DNA from: Eledone cirrhosa
Lineage: Eukaryota
DNA: 64,000 nucleotides
Assembly: GCA_964016885.1 (NCBI GenBank)
Contig: OZ024741.1
Span: forward strand, 271,126,001-271,190,000
Direction of reading: 5' to 3'
Shown: positions 13,430 to 31,379 of the stretch, in pieces
Position numbering within the stretch: position 1 is the first letter of the stretch
How the letters are laid out: each line of letters begins with the position of its first letter
Notes under the pieces: model-generated
The model's input: the letters and a program-made list of their open reading frames with translations, nothing else
Database searches by the model: none
What the model was told of the DNA's origin: nothing
Program-made: the position numbers and the translations under genes

Positions 13430-14705
13430 GGATACAAGTATTTGGGTGTTCTGGAGGCTGATGACATCAAGAACGAAATAAAATGAAGGAATTGATAAGA
13501 TCTGAATACATTCGGAGAGTAAGGAGCGTATTAAAGTCACATCTGAACAGTAGGGATGCCATAAGTGCTGTGTCTATTATTAGGTACAGTGCGGGAATTC
13601 TGAGATGGAATGTTGCTGAACAAAAAGAAATGAATAGGAAGACTAGGAAGCTATTGACTGTCTACAACATGTCGATAGACTCTACTTAAGGAGATCTGAA
13701 GGTGGAAGAGGTCTTATCAGCATAGAGGACTGTGTTCAGGTGGAGAAAAACAACCTACACAAATACGTGACTGATAGTAAGGAGCCAATGCTCAGAATTG
13801 TACTGAAGGAGAGGACAATAGATCAGGGGATGTCCAAGGAGGAAATAACAACAAGGAAAGAGCAGCCTTCATGAAAAATCCCTTCATAGTACCTTCTTTG
13901 AGAAAACTGAATTCAGAGATCCACAGACATGGAACTGGTTGAAAAGAGGAGACCTTAAAAAGGCTACAGAAGGAATGCTAATGGCTGCGCAAGAGCAGGC
14001 CCTCAAAACGAAGTGGCTGAAACACCATATTTACAAGAAGGAGGCTAGCCCATTGTGCAGGATCTGTGGAGAGAGAGATGAGACTGTGGCTCACATTATA
14101 TCCGAGTGTAAACACCTAGCCCAGACTCACTATAAAGGCTGGAGACATGATGTGATGGGCAGGGTGATTCACTGGCACCTATGCAAAGTAAACAATTTAC
14201 CACATTCTGAGAAGTGGTATGAGTATAAGCCATAGTCGGTGATAGAAAACGATCAGGTGAAGGTGCCGTGGGATTTTAGGATACAGACGGACAAGAAACT
14301 GGAACACAATAGACCTGACCTGGTGGTTTTGGACAAGGAAAAAAGATCGTGCCTGATTGTGGATGTAGCCTGCCCATTCGACACGAGAGTGCAAGAGAAG
14401 GAGAGGGAGAAAATTAACCGATACCAGAACTTAAAGTGGGAGGTAAAAAGGATTTGGAACTGCCATGAAGTCAAAGTAGTCCCGATTGTCATAGGCGCAC
14501 TAGGTACTATCTCAAAAATTTTCCAGGGATGGTTAAAGAAAATTGGCCCCGCCCCACTTTTTGGAACGCTTCAAAAGGCATGCTTGCTGGGAACAGCAAG
14601 AACCCTCCGATACGTCCTGAATATCTGAGGCTGCAGGTAGTGGCTTGATATTCATTTCAACAAACTTTCCAGTTAACTAACATCAATGACTGAGACTCAA
14701 AGAAC
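13430..14705 (+). mobile_element. R4/Dong-clade family A, 5'-truncated, degenerate
   Basis: YKYLG start, CRICG...HIISEC, RHD, RPDL, ...LRYVLNI; (TAA)n flanks. Confidence 0.87.
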
Positions 14706-14749
<44 letters not shown>

Positions 14750-14752
<3 letters not shown>

Positions 14753-15602
14753 TTTCTTTATTGGCCACAAGGGCTGACATCAAGAAAAACATTACAGACG
14801 GCACAAGACGGTACAGGGCGGTACGATGTGGGTTTTGTGCGTGTAAATATGTTTATTATTTATATAAGAAAAGAAAAAAAAGGACATAGAAACATATATA
14901 TAAACAATAAAAATGAAAATTGAAACAATGAAAAATTCCCCAATAGGGGGGAAACCTCCGAGAGTTACTCGTGGCGAAAACCACACAAAAGACCACGGCC
15001 ACCCTGACCACCAGGGCAAGCGCCCTCTCTCAATTTTTCCATCTCTCAAACTACAGACGTATATTCATAGTGGTCCCGTTCACTCGGACCATTCTCGCTA
15101 CATTCACCCACCTTTCAACAAACTTGATAGAAAGCAGCACTTGCCTCTCCACCCTGATTTTTCTCTTCAAGTGAAACTTGAAAGAGTTAATTAGGGATTC
15201 GCCGAAGAGGAAAGTGTCTGTCTTTAACCCTTTCAACCTTGTCCACCACACAATTTCTTTCGCCATGGCGACCAGGCAGATGAAAACCGCCTGCCCTTCC
15301 TCCTCGAAGGAAGACGGCGAGACCATCTGCACAATGGACTCAGTCGATAACCGGATCAGTCCTACACGCGACAGCAACTGTTCGACATAGCTCCACAAGT
15401 CAGCAATGCTCGGGCACTGAACGAGTGCGTGCACGACGGTTTCGTCGCTCTGCGCGCTTCTCGGACAGGCTCGGCTGACGGCACTTCCGTGCCTGTAGAG
15501 CTTATCTCGAACCGGCAGCGCTCCCCGGTAGCACTGCCAGGCCAGGGATTTTTGGAAGTTATCCATAGGCCCTGGGCTGAAAGTTCTCCGGAAGAGAGCA
15601 AA
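14750..15602 (-). mobile_element. Tx1/L1-like non-LTR element, 3' fragment
   Basis: WQCYRGALPV...CPRS...ETVVHALVQC knuckle, homologous to 37420-38148; ends gcccttgtggccaataaagaaatc then (ATT)n. Confidence 0.8.
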
Positions 15603-15603
15603 C

Positions 15604-15642
<39 letters not shown>

Positions 15643-15645
<3 letters not shown>

Positions 15646-16154
15646 CAGTTTACCACATTCTGAGAAATGGTATGAGCATAGGCCAGAGGCGGTGATGGAG
15701 AACAATCAGGTGAAGGTGCTGTGGGATTTTAGGATACAGACGGACAAAAAACTGGAACACAATAGACCTGACCTGGCGGTTGTGGACAAAGAAAAAAGAT
15801 CGTGTCTGATTGTGGATGTGGCCTGCCCGTTCGACACGAGAGTGCAAGAGAAGGAGAGGGAGAAAATTAACCGATACCAGGACCTAAAGTGGGAGGTGAA
15901 AAGGATTTGGAACTGCCATGAAGTCAAAGTAGTCCCGATTGTCATAGGCGCACTGGGGACTATCTCCAAAAGTTTCCAGGGATGGTTAAAGAAAATCGGC
16001 CCCTTCACGCTTTTTGGAACGCTTCAAAAGGCATGCTTGCTTGGAACAGCAAGAACCCTCCGATACGTCCTGAATATCTGAGGCTGCAGGTAGTGGCTTG
16101 ATATTCAATCCAACGGACTATCCAGTTAACTAACATCAATGACTGAGATTCAAG

Positions 16155-16156
<2 letters not shown>
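15643..16156 (+). mobile_element. R4/Dong-clade family A, 5'-truncated
   Basis: ORF 15692-16081 near-identical to 14239-14628; (TAA)n flanks. Confidence 0.87.
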
Positions 16157-16205
<49 letters not shown>

Positions 16206-16449
16206 GAAGAAGAAGATTATATCGACTCCAGAACGTATTATTTCAAGCCTTTCATCCTTACGGGGTCGATAAAATAAAGTACCAGTATCACACTGGGGTA
16301 GATTTATTCGACTTCCTCCTACCTTTATCACCGCCAATTGTTGGTCTTGTGCCTAAATCAGAAACCATTATTTCAAAGTCCACCGACACAAACATAAACA
16401 CTGACGGACAGATGCGCACACGCACACACATAGACACACACACTGAGAA

Positions 16450-16576
<127 letters not shown>

Positions 16577-16799
16577 CTTAGTTTCTAGTTGACATCTACT
16601 GCGTGGTACCTTCAGCAAGTGTCCTCTACTATGTGTTCGGGTTAACCAATGCCCTGTGAGTGAAATTTGGTAGGCAGAAACTATACAGAAGCTCAGTGAG
16701 GTTTGTATTCAGAACATAAAGAACCGGAACACAAATACTGCTAAGCATTTGTCCGACGCTTAAACGACCCTACCAATTTCCTGTCTTTTTTTTTTTACT

Positions 16800-17225
16800 T
16801 AAATAATTGTTTCTACTTCTAGCACAAGGCCAGCAATTACCTCAGTGCATTACTGGTACTTTATTTTATCGTAAAGATAAATGGCAAAGTTAACCTCGGC
16901 GGGATTTGAACTCAGAACATAAAGGGCCATAACTCCTATGATGCAAAGCATGGTGCCTGACACTCTTCCGATACTGCCAATCCACCGCCCTTTTTTACTT
17001 AAATAATTGTTTCTTATATAGGCACAAGGCCAGCACTTTTGGGGGAGGGGAATGTCGATCAAATCGACCTCAGTATTTTACTGGTACTTTATTTTATCGA
17101 CCCCGTAAGGATGAAAGGCAAAGTTAACCTCGGCGGGATTTGAACTCAGATCATAAAGGGACATAACTCTATGCTGCAAATCATGGTGTCCGACCCTCTA
17201 CCGATACTGCCAATCCACCACCCTT
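16800..17225 (-). mobile_element. Two adjacent Meta-like tRNA SINEs
   Basis: Reverse complement of the 997-1183 consensus at ~16800-16990 and ~17000-17225. Confidence 0.8.
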
Positions 17226-17399
17226 TTTTACTTCAGTGAGATTCGAACTCGGAATGTAGAGGAAAGAACGTAAACAAAAAAACATGGTATGGTCCCGTAA
17301 CTCCTGATGGAGAGATTTTGTAGAATTATTTTCATAACAAGTTTACTTTTAGTAGAGGTTCTTGTATCATGATATTATAATGGAATGTATGCATTCATG

Positions 17400-17533
17400 T
17401 ATGGTTCCGTAACCCCTAATGGGGTCGCAGGGGTGCCGTAGGGACATACGGCGTTTCATGAACATGTTAAAGTCTGGTGTAGCCCATCTCCTTCCCAGGT
17501 CTGAATACAGCAGATTTCTTTCAGTGAAGGATA

Positions 17534-17564
<31 letters not shown>

Positions 17565-17766
17565 GAAGTGAGAAAGAGATATAGAGGAAGAATTGACTGG
17601 TACTTTATTATATCGACCTCGAAAGGATGAAAGGCAGAGTTGACTTCGGTGGGATTTGAACTCAGAGAGCAGAGAGCTGGAACAAATAACACAAAGCATT
17701 TTAAACCTGGCGGAGCCCATCCCTCTTCAGGTCTGAATACAGCAGATTTCTTCTTTCTTCCAGTGA

Positions 17767-17835
<69 letters not shown>

Positions 17836-17930
17836 GGTGAGAAAGAGATTTAGAGGAAGAATCGACCCCAGTATTAGACTGGTACTTGTTTTATCGACCT
17901 TAAATGGATGAAAGGCAAAAGTTGACCACG
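17400..17930. repeat. Composite unit (unknown repeat + (GA)n + old SINE), duplicated
   Basis: ccaggtctgaatacagcagatttctt...gaagga(ga)n + SINE occurs twice; same arrangement at 47685-48245. Confidence 0.65.
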
Positions 17931-18112
17931 AAAAAAACAAAAAACAATACAAATAAAGTACAAACGGAAAAGATTATAAACAAACAAAACAAGAGGAAAG
18001 TATTAACGCTATCGTTATTTCTGCCAAATATCAGCCCCCCCCCCCACTCCCGCTCCCAGTTAGAGATATATCGACTGATTATTTACGACGCCCATTCTGA
18101 AGGGCAGAGGCG

Positions 18113-18450
18113 ATGTGGTGGTGGTGGTGGTAGTGGTGTTAGTGTTGGTGGTTGTGTTGGTGGTGGTGGTGGTGGTGCTAGTGGTGTTGGTGGCGATGGT
18201 GGCGTTGGTGGTGGCTGTGGTGGTGGTGGTGTTGGTGGTTGGTGGTGTTGGTGGTGGTGGTGTTGGTGGTGGTGTTGGTGGTGGTCGTGGTGTTGGTGGT
18301 GGTCGTGGTGTTGGTGGCGGTGGTGGCGTTGGTGGTGGCTGTGGTGGTGGTGTTGGTGTTGGTGGTGTTGGTGGTGGTGGTGTTGGTAGTGGTGTTAGTG
18401 GTGTGACGGTGGTGGTGTTGGTAGTGATGGTGTTGGTAGTGTTGTTAGTG
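18113..18450. repeat. Degenerate (GGT)n tract
   Basis: Direct reading. Confidence 0.9.
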
Positions 18451-18496
18451 GGAGTGGAGAAGGTAATGTTTTTTAACCTTTAAATGTTTTCTCAAT

Positions 18497-20405
18497 ATAT
18501 ATCTTAATCTATGTCACAACATGTGGTATATATATCTTAATCTATGTCACAACGTATGACATATATATCTTAATCTATGTCACAACATGTGGTATATATC
18601 ATAATCTATGTCAAAACATGTGATATATATCTTAATCTATGTCAAAACATGTGATATATATCTTAATCTATGTCACATGTGGTATATATATATATCTTAA
18701 TCTATGTCAAAACATGTGATATACATCTTAATCTATGTCACAACATGTGGTATATATCTTAATCTATGTCAAAACATGTGATATATATCTTAATCTATGT
18801 CAAAACATGTGGTATATATCTTAATCTATGTCACATGTGGTATATATATATATATCTTAATCTATGTCAAAACATGTGATATACATCTTAATCTATGTCA
18901 CAACATGTAGTATATACATCTTAATCTATGTCACAACATGTAGTATATACATTTGAATCTATGTCACGTGTGGTATACATCTTAATCTATGTCACAACAT
19001 GTGGTATATACATCTTAATCCTATGTAATGTGGTATATATATCTTAATCTATGTCACATCATGTGCTATATACATCTTAATCCTATGTAATGTGGTATAT
19101 ATATCTTAATCTATGTCACATCATGTGCTATATACATCTTAATCCTATGTAATGTGGTATATATATCTTAATCTATGTCACATCATGTGCTATATACATC
19201 TTAATCCTATGTAATGTGGTATATATATCTTAATCTATGTCACATCATGTGCTATATACATCTTAATCCTATGTAATGTGGTATATATATCTTAATCTAT
19301 GTCACATCATGTGCTATATACATCTTAATCCTATGTAATATGGTATATATATCTTAATCTATGTCACATCATGTGCTATATACATCTTAATCCTATGTAA
19401 TGTGGTATATATATCTTAATCTATGTCACATCATGTGCTATATACATCTTAATCCTATGTAATGTGGTATATATATCTTAATCTATGTCACATCATGTGC
19501 TATATACATCTTAATCCTATGTAATGTGGTATATATATCTTAATCTATGTCACATCATGTGCTATATACATCTTAATCCTATGTAATGTGGTATATATAT
19601 CTTAATCTATGTCACATCATGTGCTATATACATCTTAATCCTATGTAATGTGGTATATATATCTTAATCTATGTCACATCATGTGCTATATACATCTTAA
19701 TCCTATGTAATGTGGTATATATATCTTAATCTATGTCACATCATGTGCTATATAGCATCTTAATCCTATGTAATGTGGTATATATATCTTAATCTATGTC
19801 ACATCATGTGCTATATACATCTTAATCCTATGTAATGTGGTATATATATATCTTAATCTATGTCACATCATGTGCTATATACATCTTAATCCTATGTAAT
19901 GTGGTATATATATCTTAATCTATGTCACATCATGTGCTATATACATCTTAATCCTATGTAATGTGGTATATATATCTTAATCTATGTCACATCATGTGCT
20001 ATATACATCTTAATCCTATGTAATGTGGTATATATATCTTAATCTATGTCACATCATGTGCTATATACATCTTAATCCTATGTTAATGTGGTATATATAT
20101 CTTAATCTATGTCACATCATGTGCTATATACATCTTAATCCTATGTAATGTGGTATATATATCTTAATCTATGTCACATCATGTGCTATATACATCTTAT
20201 CCCTATGTAATGTGGTAATCTTACTATGTCCATATTGCTATCCATATGATATCTTAATCTATGTCACATCATGTGCTATATACATCTTAATCCTATGTAA
20301 TGTAGTATATATATCTTAATCTATGTAACAACATGTGGTATATACATCTTAATCTATGTTACATCATGTGGTATATACATCTTAATCTATGTCACAACGT
20401 ATGAC
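18497..20405. repeat. Satellite: ~30-33-bp monomer with a homogenised 62-bp dimer core
   Basis: Monomer atcttaatctatgtcacaacatgtggtatat; from ~19010 the period is 62 (ctatgtaatg at 19021, 19083, 19145...). Confidence 0.95.
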
Positions 20406-20838
20406 ACAGAAGAAGAATCGGCCCCAGTACTAGACTGGTACTTTTTCTATCGACCTTGAAAGGATAAAGGCCAAGTTGACCTCGGCCTTGAAAGGATGAA
20501 AGGCCAAGTTGACCTCGGCGAGATTTGAACCGAGAGAGGGGAGGAGCCGGAACACCAAAAGCTTTCTATCTGACGTCCTAACGACTCTACCTATCTACCG
20601 CCTCTATTAAAAGTAAAGGAATCCAGTTTACACGAGAGCCAGCCAAGTAACAGATTCACTGGTCAGTCTTGGACACAGTAAGTGCTAGATGCTTTGTACT
20701 GTTATAGGTAAGGCTGTCGATTGATTAACAATAAGTACGTGGTTCGAGTCCACTCTGTAGATTGCTATTCTTTCTCTCTTTTTTTCTCTTTAATCACAAA
20801 TTGGTGCTTATTTCATTTGATATTATTTACATTAAAAC

Positions 20839-21028
20839 CGGTGGATTGGCAGTATCAGTAGAGGGTCGGACGCCATGCTTTGCAGCATAGAGTTACGTCC
20901 CTTTACGGTCTGTGTTCAAATCTTGCCTAGGTTAAGTTTTGCCTTTCATCCTTACGGGGTCGATAAAATAAAGTACCAATAATGCACTGGGATAATTGCT
21001 GGCCTTGTGCCAAATATAGAAACAATTA
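20839..21028 (+). mobile_element. Meta-like tRNA SINE
   Basis: Consensus match; TSD tatttacattaaaac, whose 3' copy is split by a Helitron. Confidence 0.85.
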
Positions 21029-21496
21029 TCTATATATCTAAAACAGAGAATGTCTGTCTGTCTGTCTGTCTGACTCCCCAAAACTCGAGAACCACCCAAC
21101 CGATTGTTTTCAAACTTTACACATGTAATACTTATGGTCCTGTGAGTGTTTTGAGCAAAGAAAATTTCAAATTTTCAATGCCCTAGGGACCGCATTAGGC
21201 GATTTAGCGATCTCTCTCTATAATTCTTAGTCTTTCTTTTTAGATAGATACATAGATATAACGTTGCGCCCTTATAATACCTGTCTGTATGTCTGGCTGT
21301 CTGCATTACGACATTAGACGCTATCTGTGTGTGTGTGTGTATATATGTATATATAGTGTGTGTATATACATATATTTAGTATATAACGTTTTTTCAAAAT
21401 ATTTACTTCTGCGTTCACCAGATTGATTTTTTTTAGTTTCAGAAGATTCCGTCAAGGGTGAAAGCAGCGATTCTTTGCTGAAACTTTAATCTGTTA

Positions 21497-21538
<42 letters not shown>

Positions 21539-22079
21539 TATTTCGTACAGATATTTTTGCATACACAAAAACAAAAGATAAACACCAACAAAAGCAACAA
21601 CAAAAAAGAGAGGGAACGCAATTACATGCTTTTGAAAAATTGTAATGGAAAATGATTTGCCTATTCACCCAAGGCGACTTCATTTTTCATTAGGACTTCT
21701 GCATCAATTGGTGAACATACGATGAAACATTGAAAGGAGTAAGACAACACCACTCTCCACCACTGCAGTCCCACATGCTTATTGCTCTCTAACTATTGCT
21801 TTCATTGTACAATAGCACAACAAATACATGTTCGGTTTGTCGAATGCCTTTTTACTTAACCCTATCGTCTTGGCTTTCGTGGGTTGAACATTTTACTCAC
21901 AGGCACTCAATTAAGTTAAACACCTGGTAATCTACGACCGAATTTTTTTTATAAGCACAAAATGTAGACACCATCTTGAGGCCGAGGTATTCTGTACTTC
22001 TCTGTACTATTTCAGAAAGGAGGGATAAACATGCCAAACTATGTTTAGAATCCTAAGCAACGCCGGGCCCTTCTGCTAG
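21029..22079 (+). mobile_element. Non-autonomous Helitron
   Basis: 5' TCtatatatctaaaa, (tgtc)n, 3' gcaacgccgggcccttctgCTAG; A|T target; removal restores the SINE TSD. Confidence 0.85.
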
Positions 22080-22268
22080 TTTACATTAAAACGAAACTTT
22101 ATTGTATGTAAGGTCCCATAACTCCCGGGGGAGTTGTAGGGGCAACCGTAGTGACATACGGCGTTCCTTAGGTACTTTTAAGCCTGGCGGAGCCTATCTC
22201 CTGTCCAGGTCTGAACACAGCATATATAATTATATATAAATATATAATTATATATATATATATTATAT

Positions 22269-22300
<32 letters not shown>

Positions 22301-22345
22301 ATATGTATATATATACAACACACACACACACACACATATATATAA

Positions 22346-22390
<45 letters not shown>

Positions 22391-22397
<7 letters not shown>

Positions 22398-23349
22398 AAG
22401 TGTAATGAATTCTTTTACAATGGAATTAGCTCGAAGGAGGAAATACCCCTGAGCCGTGTATAAACTAATATATATGATGAAACACAGATACCAACACATC
22501 TGTATATATATTGCAAAAGGAAAATTTAGCCAGAATGAAGTATACTAATTATTATACTACAGTTTGTCCATATCGATTAAAATAATAAATCAACAAAGAC
22601 GAACTGTATTGCCAAATGGCTATGATGTTTAGACACATTTAAATTTCAAAATCAAACCTGTTCCGTAGATAAGTTTAAACTTTAAAATCCAAATATGTTT
22701 CGAGATAAATAAGTGTAGGAATATCATGTCCTGCTCTCCTCAGTAAACATCCAGGGACAAATTGATATGCTTCACTTCTAAATAATTTAAAAGACTGTGT
22801 GACGCACACGGTTTAACAGTTTCTAGCTAGTCTCATAACCGTACTGCTAGAAATAACAGTCGTATATATTCCATTGTAAAAGAATTCATTACACTTAATA
22901 ATATAACTGCTCCTAGTCTGAGCTGAACGTCGCCTCATATATACGACTGTTATTTCTAGCAGTACGGTTATGAGACCCAGCTAGAAACTGTTAAACCATG
23001 TGCATCACACAGTCTTTTAAATTATTTAGAAGGTGAAGCATATCAATTTGTCCCTGGATGTTTACTGAGGAGAGCAGGACATGATATTCCTACACTTATT
23101 TATCTCGAAACATATTTGGATTTTAAAGTTTAAACTTATCTACGGAACAGGTTTGATTTTGAAATTTAAATGTGTCTAAACATCATAGCCATTTGGCAAT
23201 GCAGTTCGTCTTTGTTGATTTATTATTTTAAATTGATATGGACAAACTGTAGTATAATAATTAGTATACTTCATTCTGGCTAAATTTTCTTTTGCAATAT
23301 ATATACAGATGTGTTGGTATCTGTGTTTCATCATATATATTAGTTTATA
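22391..23349. repeat. Large nested inverted repeat (~410-bp arms) in (TA)n, family T
   Basis: 22460-22869 versus 22937-23349 reverse complement with scattered differences; 22391-22424 is also inverted at 22869-22903. Confidence 0.85.
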
Positions 23350-23876
23350 TATATATATTATATATATATATATAATTGCATACGCATACCCTTTCAAACC
23401 GATTCCTCCGACACCCACCACCCGACCCCCACCACTCGATACCACACCACTCGACACACTCCACTTCTCAACCACAACCACTCGACTCCCACCACTCAAC
23501 TACCACCATCCGACCTCCCACTCGATCTCACACGTAATTCTTCCTGTTCGGTGTGTTATAGATATATCTCACCTGGTCGAATTGGAAAAAACAAAACACC
23601 AAAAACATGAAAAACGAAAATGGCAGTTCATAAACGCTGGCAGCTTGTTGGTGTCTTGAGGTAAGGCACAGCTGTTGATGTTGATGGGGAAACTCTTTCA
23701 CACACACACACACACACATACACGCACACTCACATATATATATATATATGCATATGTGTGTATGTATATATATATATATATATATTCATATATACATATA
23801 TATATATAACATATATTATAAATATATATATACACACACGCATATATATATACACATATACATATATATGCATATT

Positions 23877-23927
<51 letters not shown>

Positions 23928-24026
23928 TGTATATATATATATATTTATACACACACATATATACATTTATATACATATATGTGCATATAATATTTGCATA
24001 TACATGTATATATATACACACACACG

Positions 24027-24179
<153 letters not shown>

Positions 24180-24506
24180 CGCCGCACACACACATGCCCC
24201 CCCCCCCCACATATACACCCACATACACATATATACATACGCTCACACATTTGTCCCAAACTGTCGATTTCTCTGTCACTATTTTCCCTCCGAACAACAA
24301 TATGTATTTCTGTCGCCCGAAGGATGATAACAGTTGTGGGAGAAACTCACTTTAATCAAATAAATAAACACGGGCATACACATTAACTCTTTTGATACCA
24401 ACAGCAAGAAAACCCACTCCTGGCTCTATTATACAAACACTGTGTAGTTTAAAGTGATCCTAATGTTATTAATGTAGGCGCAGCATGGCCTAGTAGTAAG
24501 GGGTGT

Positions 24507-24706
24507 NNNNNNNNNNNNNNNNNNNNNNNNNNNNNNNNNNNNNNNNNNNNNNNNNNNNNNNNNNNNNNNNNNNNNNNNNNNNNNNNNNNNNNNNNNNNNN
24601 NNNNNNNNNNNNNNNNNNNNNNNNNNNNNNNNNNNNNNNNNNNNNNNNNNNNNNNNNNNNNNNNNNNNNNNNNNNNNNNNNNNNNNNNNNNNNNNNNNNN
24701 NNNNNN
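24507..24706. other. Assembly gap (200 N)
   Basis: Direct reading. Confidence 1.
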
Positions 24707-24865
24707 ATTCAGAAATGCTTCCACTGTCCCTGTTAAATATTAACAAGCAGCAACTTAGGCACGTGGCCTCGTGGTAAGGGTGTTGGACTTACGAACCCGG
24801 TAGCTAACGATAGCAAAGCGAACTTCCTAACCCCTCGGGCATGGTGTATCCACGGGGGTTAAATA

Positions 24866-25056
24866 TTTGTTTCTACTTTTGGCACAAGGCCAGCAATTAT
24901 CCCAGTGCATTACTGGTACTTTATTTTATCGACCCCGTAAGGATGAAAGGCAAAGTTAACCTCGGCGGGATTTGAACTCAGACCGTAAAGGGGCGTAACT
25001 CTATGCTAAAAAGCATGGCGTCCGACCCTCTACCGATACTGCCAATCCACCGCCCG
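24866..25056 (-). mobile_element. Meta-like tRNA SINE
   Basis: Consensus match; flanking direct repeat ggggttaaatatt. Confidence 0.85.
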
Positions 25057-25084
25057 GGGGTTAAATATTAACACGTAACAACTT

Positions 25085-25592
25085 AGCCCGTGGCCTAGTG
25101 GTAAAGGTGTTTGTGCTTACGACTATAATGTCGTTGATTCGATTCATGGACTGTTCTTAAGCACTTCATTTTACGTTGCTCCAGTATACTTAGCTGAAAA
25201 TGAGTACCGACAATAGCTGAGGGTTTAAATCTCCGTTGAATTGATGCCCTGTCCAGAGGTGAGGGAGTTTCGTACCTTCAGCCGCTTTACGACACGGGAC
25301 CGCGATAAGCACTGGCCAAATGAGCTTCCGGGCTTGTGACAGACTTTAACCCTGCGATAAACTGGTGTCTTGTACAGGATGGGGAGAGAGGTATTGTACT
25401 CTCTGTCGCTTCAAGCCACGGAAACTGGATAAAAACCGCATTGATAAGCCTCCAGGATCGTGACAGACTTTAACATTGTGATAGACTGGTGTCCTGTCCA
25501 GGGCAGAGTATTGTCCTCTTAGTCGCTTAATGTTAAGGAAACCCGGGATAAACACCGCATTGATGAGCCTCCGGGCTCGCGACAGACTTTAG
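25085..25592 (+). mobile_element. Decayed tRNA SINE with tandemly repeated ~125-bp 3' part
   Basis: tggcctagtggt head; tgagc...gacagacttta module three times. Confidence 0.55.
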
Positions 25593-26347
25593 ACAACATG
25601 ACTGATTGGTTAAAAACATTCGCTTCGCCATCCCTTGGTCTCTGGTTCGATTTCACTTGGTGACATCTTAGGCAAGTGTTATTTACTAGAAGTATTGTAA
25701 GTGAAGCTGGGCAGACGAAAACTGTTTGGAAGTCTGTCGGAAGGACTGTACCTGTAATTCAATGGGGCGGCTTTGCACAGACTCTGTCACGTTGGATTTT
25801 GCTAGGAACTACTTTAAGGGCATACATGACCATAGAATGCTCAGCCACTTACACGTACATTTTATGTGCAGACTGTTTCGCTGATAGTACAACTAGAACA
25901 TTCATCGTCGAAACCGACTGATGTCCATTCCAACCTTTGAGGGTAAGAGGAAAAGTTCATAGTCTGACTATGAGGAGTGATTTCAACTCTTATTAATAAC
26001 AGCATTTTTTCTTTCCAGGGACTATGTTGAAAAATAAACCTCATGTGGTCATTCCATGAGAGTATCTTGGTCAGCCTATGAACTCTTCAACCGACCCTCA
26101 TATAATAGAACCCACTGACATAGTTTTAAGTAGGTACTTTTTGTTAAGCTCCCACCAATGAAACAGGATATTTTACTAAATTCCTCCAAATTCAAAATTG
26201 TTTTCCAAATTAATTCAACTCAGTGTTTATATATATTATTAGAAATATACTGATAAAAGGTTTAAGTAGTTTGTCTCCTATTTGTTTCCCTAAACGCATG
26301 AACATATATATATATATATATATTGTAATATATATATGATATAATAT

Positions 26348-26390
<43 letters not shown>

Positions 26391-26426
26391 ATATATATGA
26401 TATAATATATAAATATATTATATAAA

Positions 26427-26457
<31 letters not shown>

Positions 26458-26520
26458 CGTGTGTGCGTGTGTACGTTTATGCCTTTGAGGAAACAAATAG
26501 GAGACAAACTACTTAAACTT

Positions 26521-26562
<42 letters not shown>

Positions 26563-26711
26563 CAATATATAATATATATATATGCAATTACCCAGTGCAT
26601 TACTGGTACTTTATTTTATCGACCCCGTATGGATGAAAGGCAAAGTTAACCTTGGCAGGATTTGAACTTTGCCTTTCATCCTTATATTATATATATTATA
26701 TATGTATATAT

Positions 26712-26895
26712 AATTGTTTCTACTTTTGGCACAAGGCCAGCAATTACCCAGTGTATTACTGGTACTTTATTTTATCGACCCCGTAAGGATGAAAGGCAAA
26801 GTTAACCTCGACGGGATTTGAACTCAGAATGGCAAGGGCCGTAACTCTATGCGTCAAAGCATGGCGTCCGACCCTCTACCGATACTGCCAATCCA
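26712..26895 (-). mobile_element. Meta-like tRNA SINE (partial copy also at 26585-26690)
   Basis: Consensus match. Confidence 0.85.
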
Positions 26896-26919
26896 GCGTA
26901 TATATAATATATTTATATA

Positions 26920-30806
<3,887 letters not shown>

Positions 30807-31087
30807 ATAAATAAGTAAATTAAATTAAATAAAATAAGATAAATAAATACATACACAAGCACATAAACACACACTAGTCACCCAGCAGACAACACTATAC
30901 ACACTAGTCACACATCACACATCACACATAACACTATACACACACGCAAACGCATGCGCAAAGAAGACAAAATAAAATAAGATAAACAAACAAGCAAATA
31001 AATAAATAAATATATAGACAGACTGAACAACAAAAAAAAAAATGGCGTAGACATACAACACAACAGGAGGAACAATGAATATAACAC

Positions 31088-31125
31088 CACTGACGATGTT
31101 GCAGATGTGCAACGAAAGATTTATG
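31088..31125 (+). ncRNA. Hammerhead-like core in the PLE 3' region
   Basis: CTGACGA-t-gttgca(gatg)tgcaac-GAAA-gatt-TA; stem I is weak. Confidence 0.55.
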
Positions 31126-31330
31126 TAAACTATATATATATGTGTTTGTCTATATTGTATCTGTATTATTTTTGACCGCCGGTCAGTCAATGGCAACATT
31201 GAGGACCGAGTAAGTTAGATCGCAGATATATATATATAAAAGACAGCGAGAAGCGAAAACCAACCAAACAGTGAGTGTGTTCTGTTATTAATTCTGGCAA
31301 TATTACGCAAATATGACCCTCCCCAAATAT

Positions 31331-31379
<49 letters not shown>

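Noticed and set aside
18070-18095. TGATTATTTACGAC as a posterior-Hox-type enhancer site for the bHLH gene
   Set aside because: A single short motif without conservation data is not distinguishable from chance.
18497-20405. CRISPR-like array (also 6946-7170)
   Set aside because: No unique spacers, no cas genes, eukaryotic context: plain tandem repeats.
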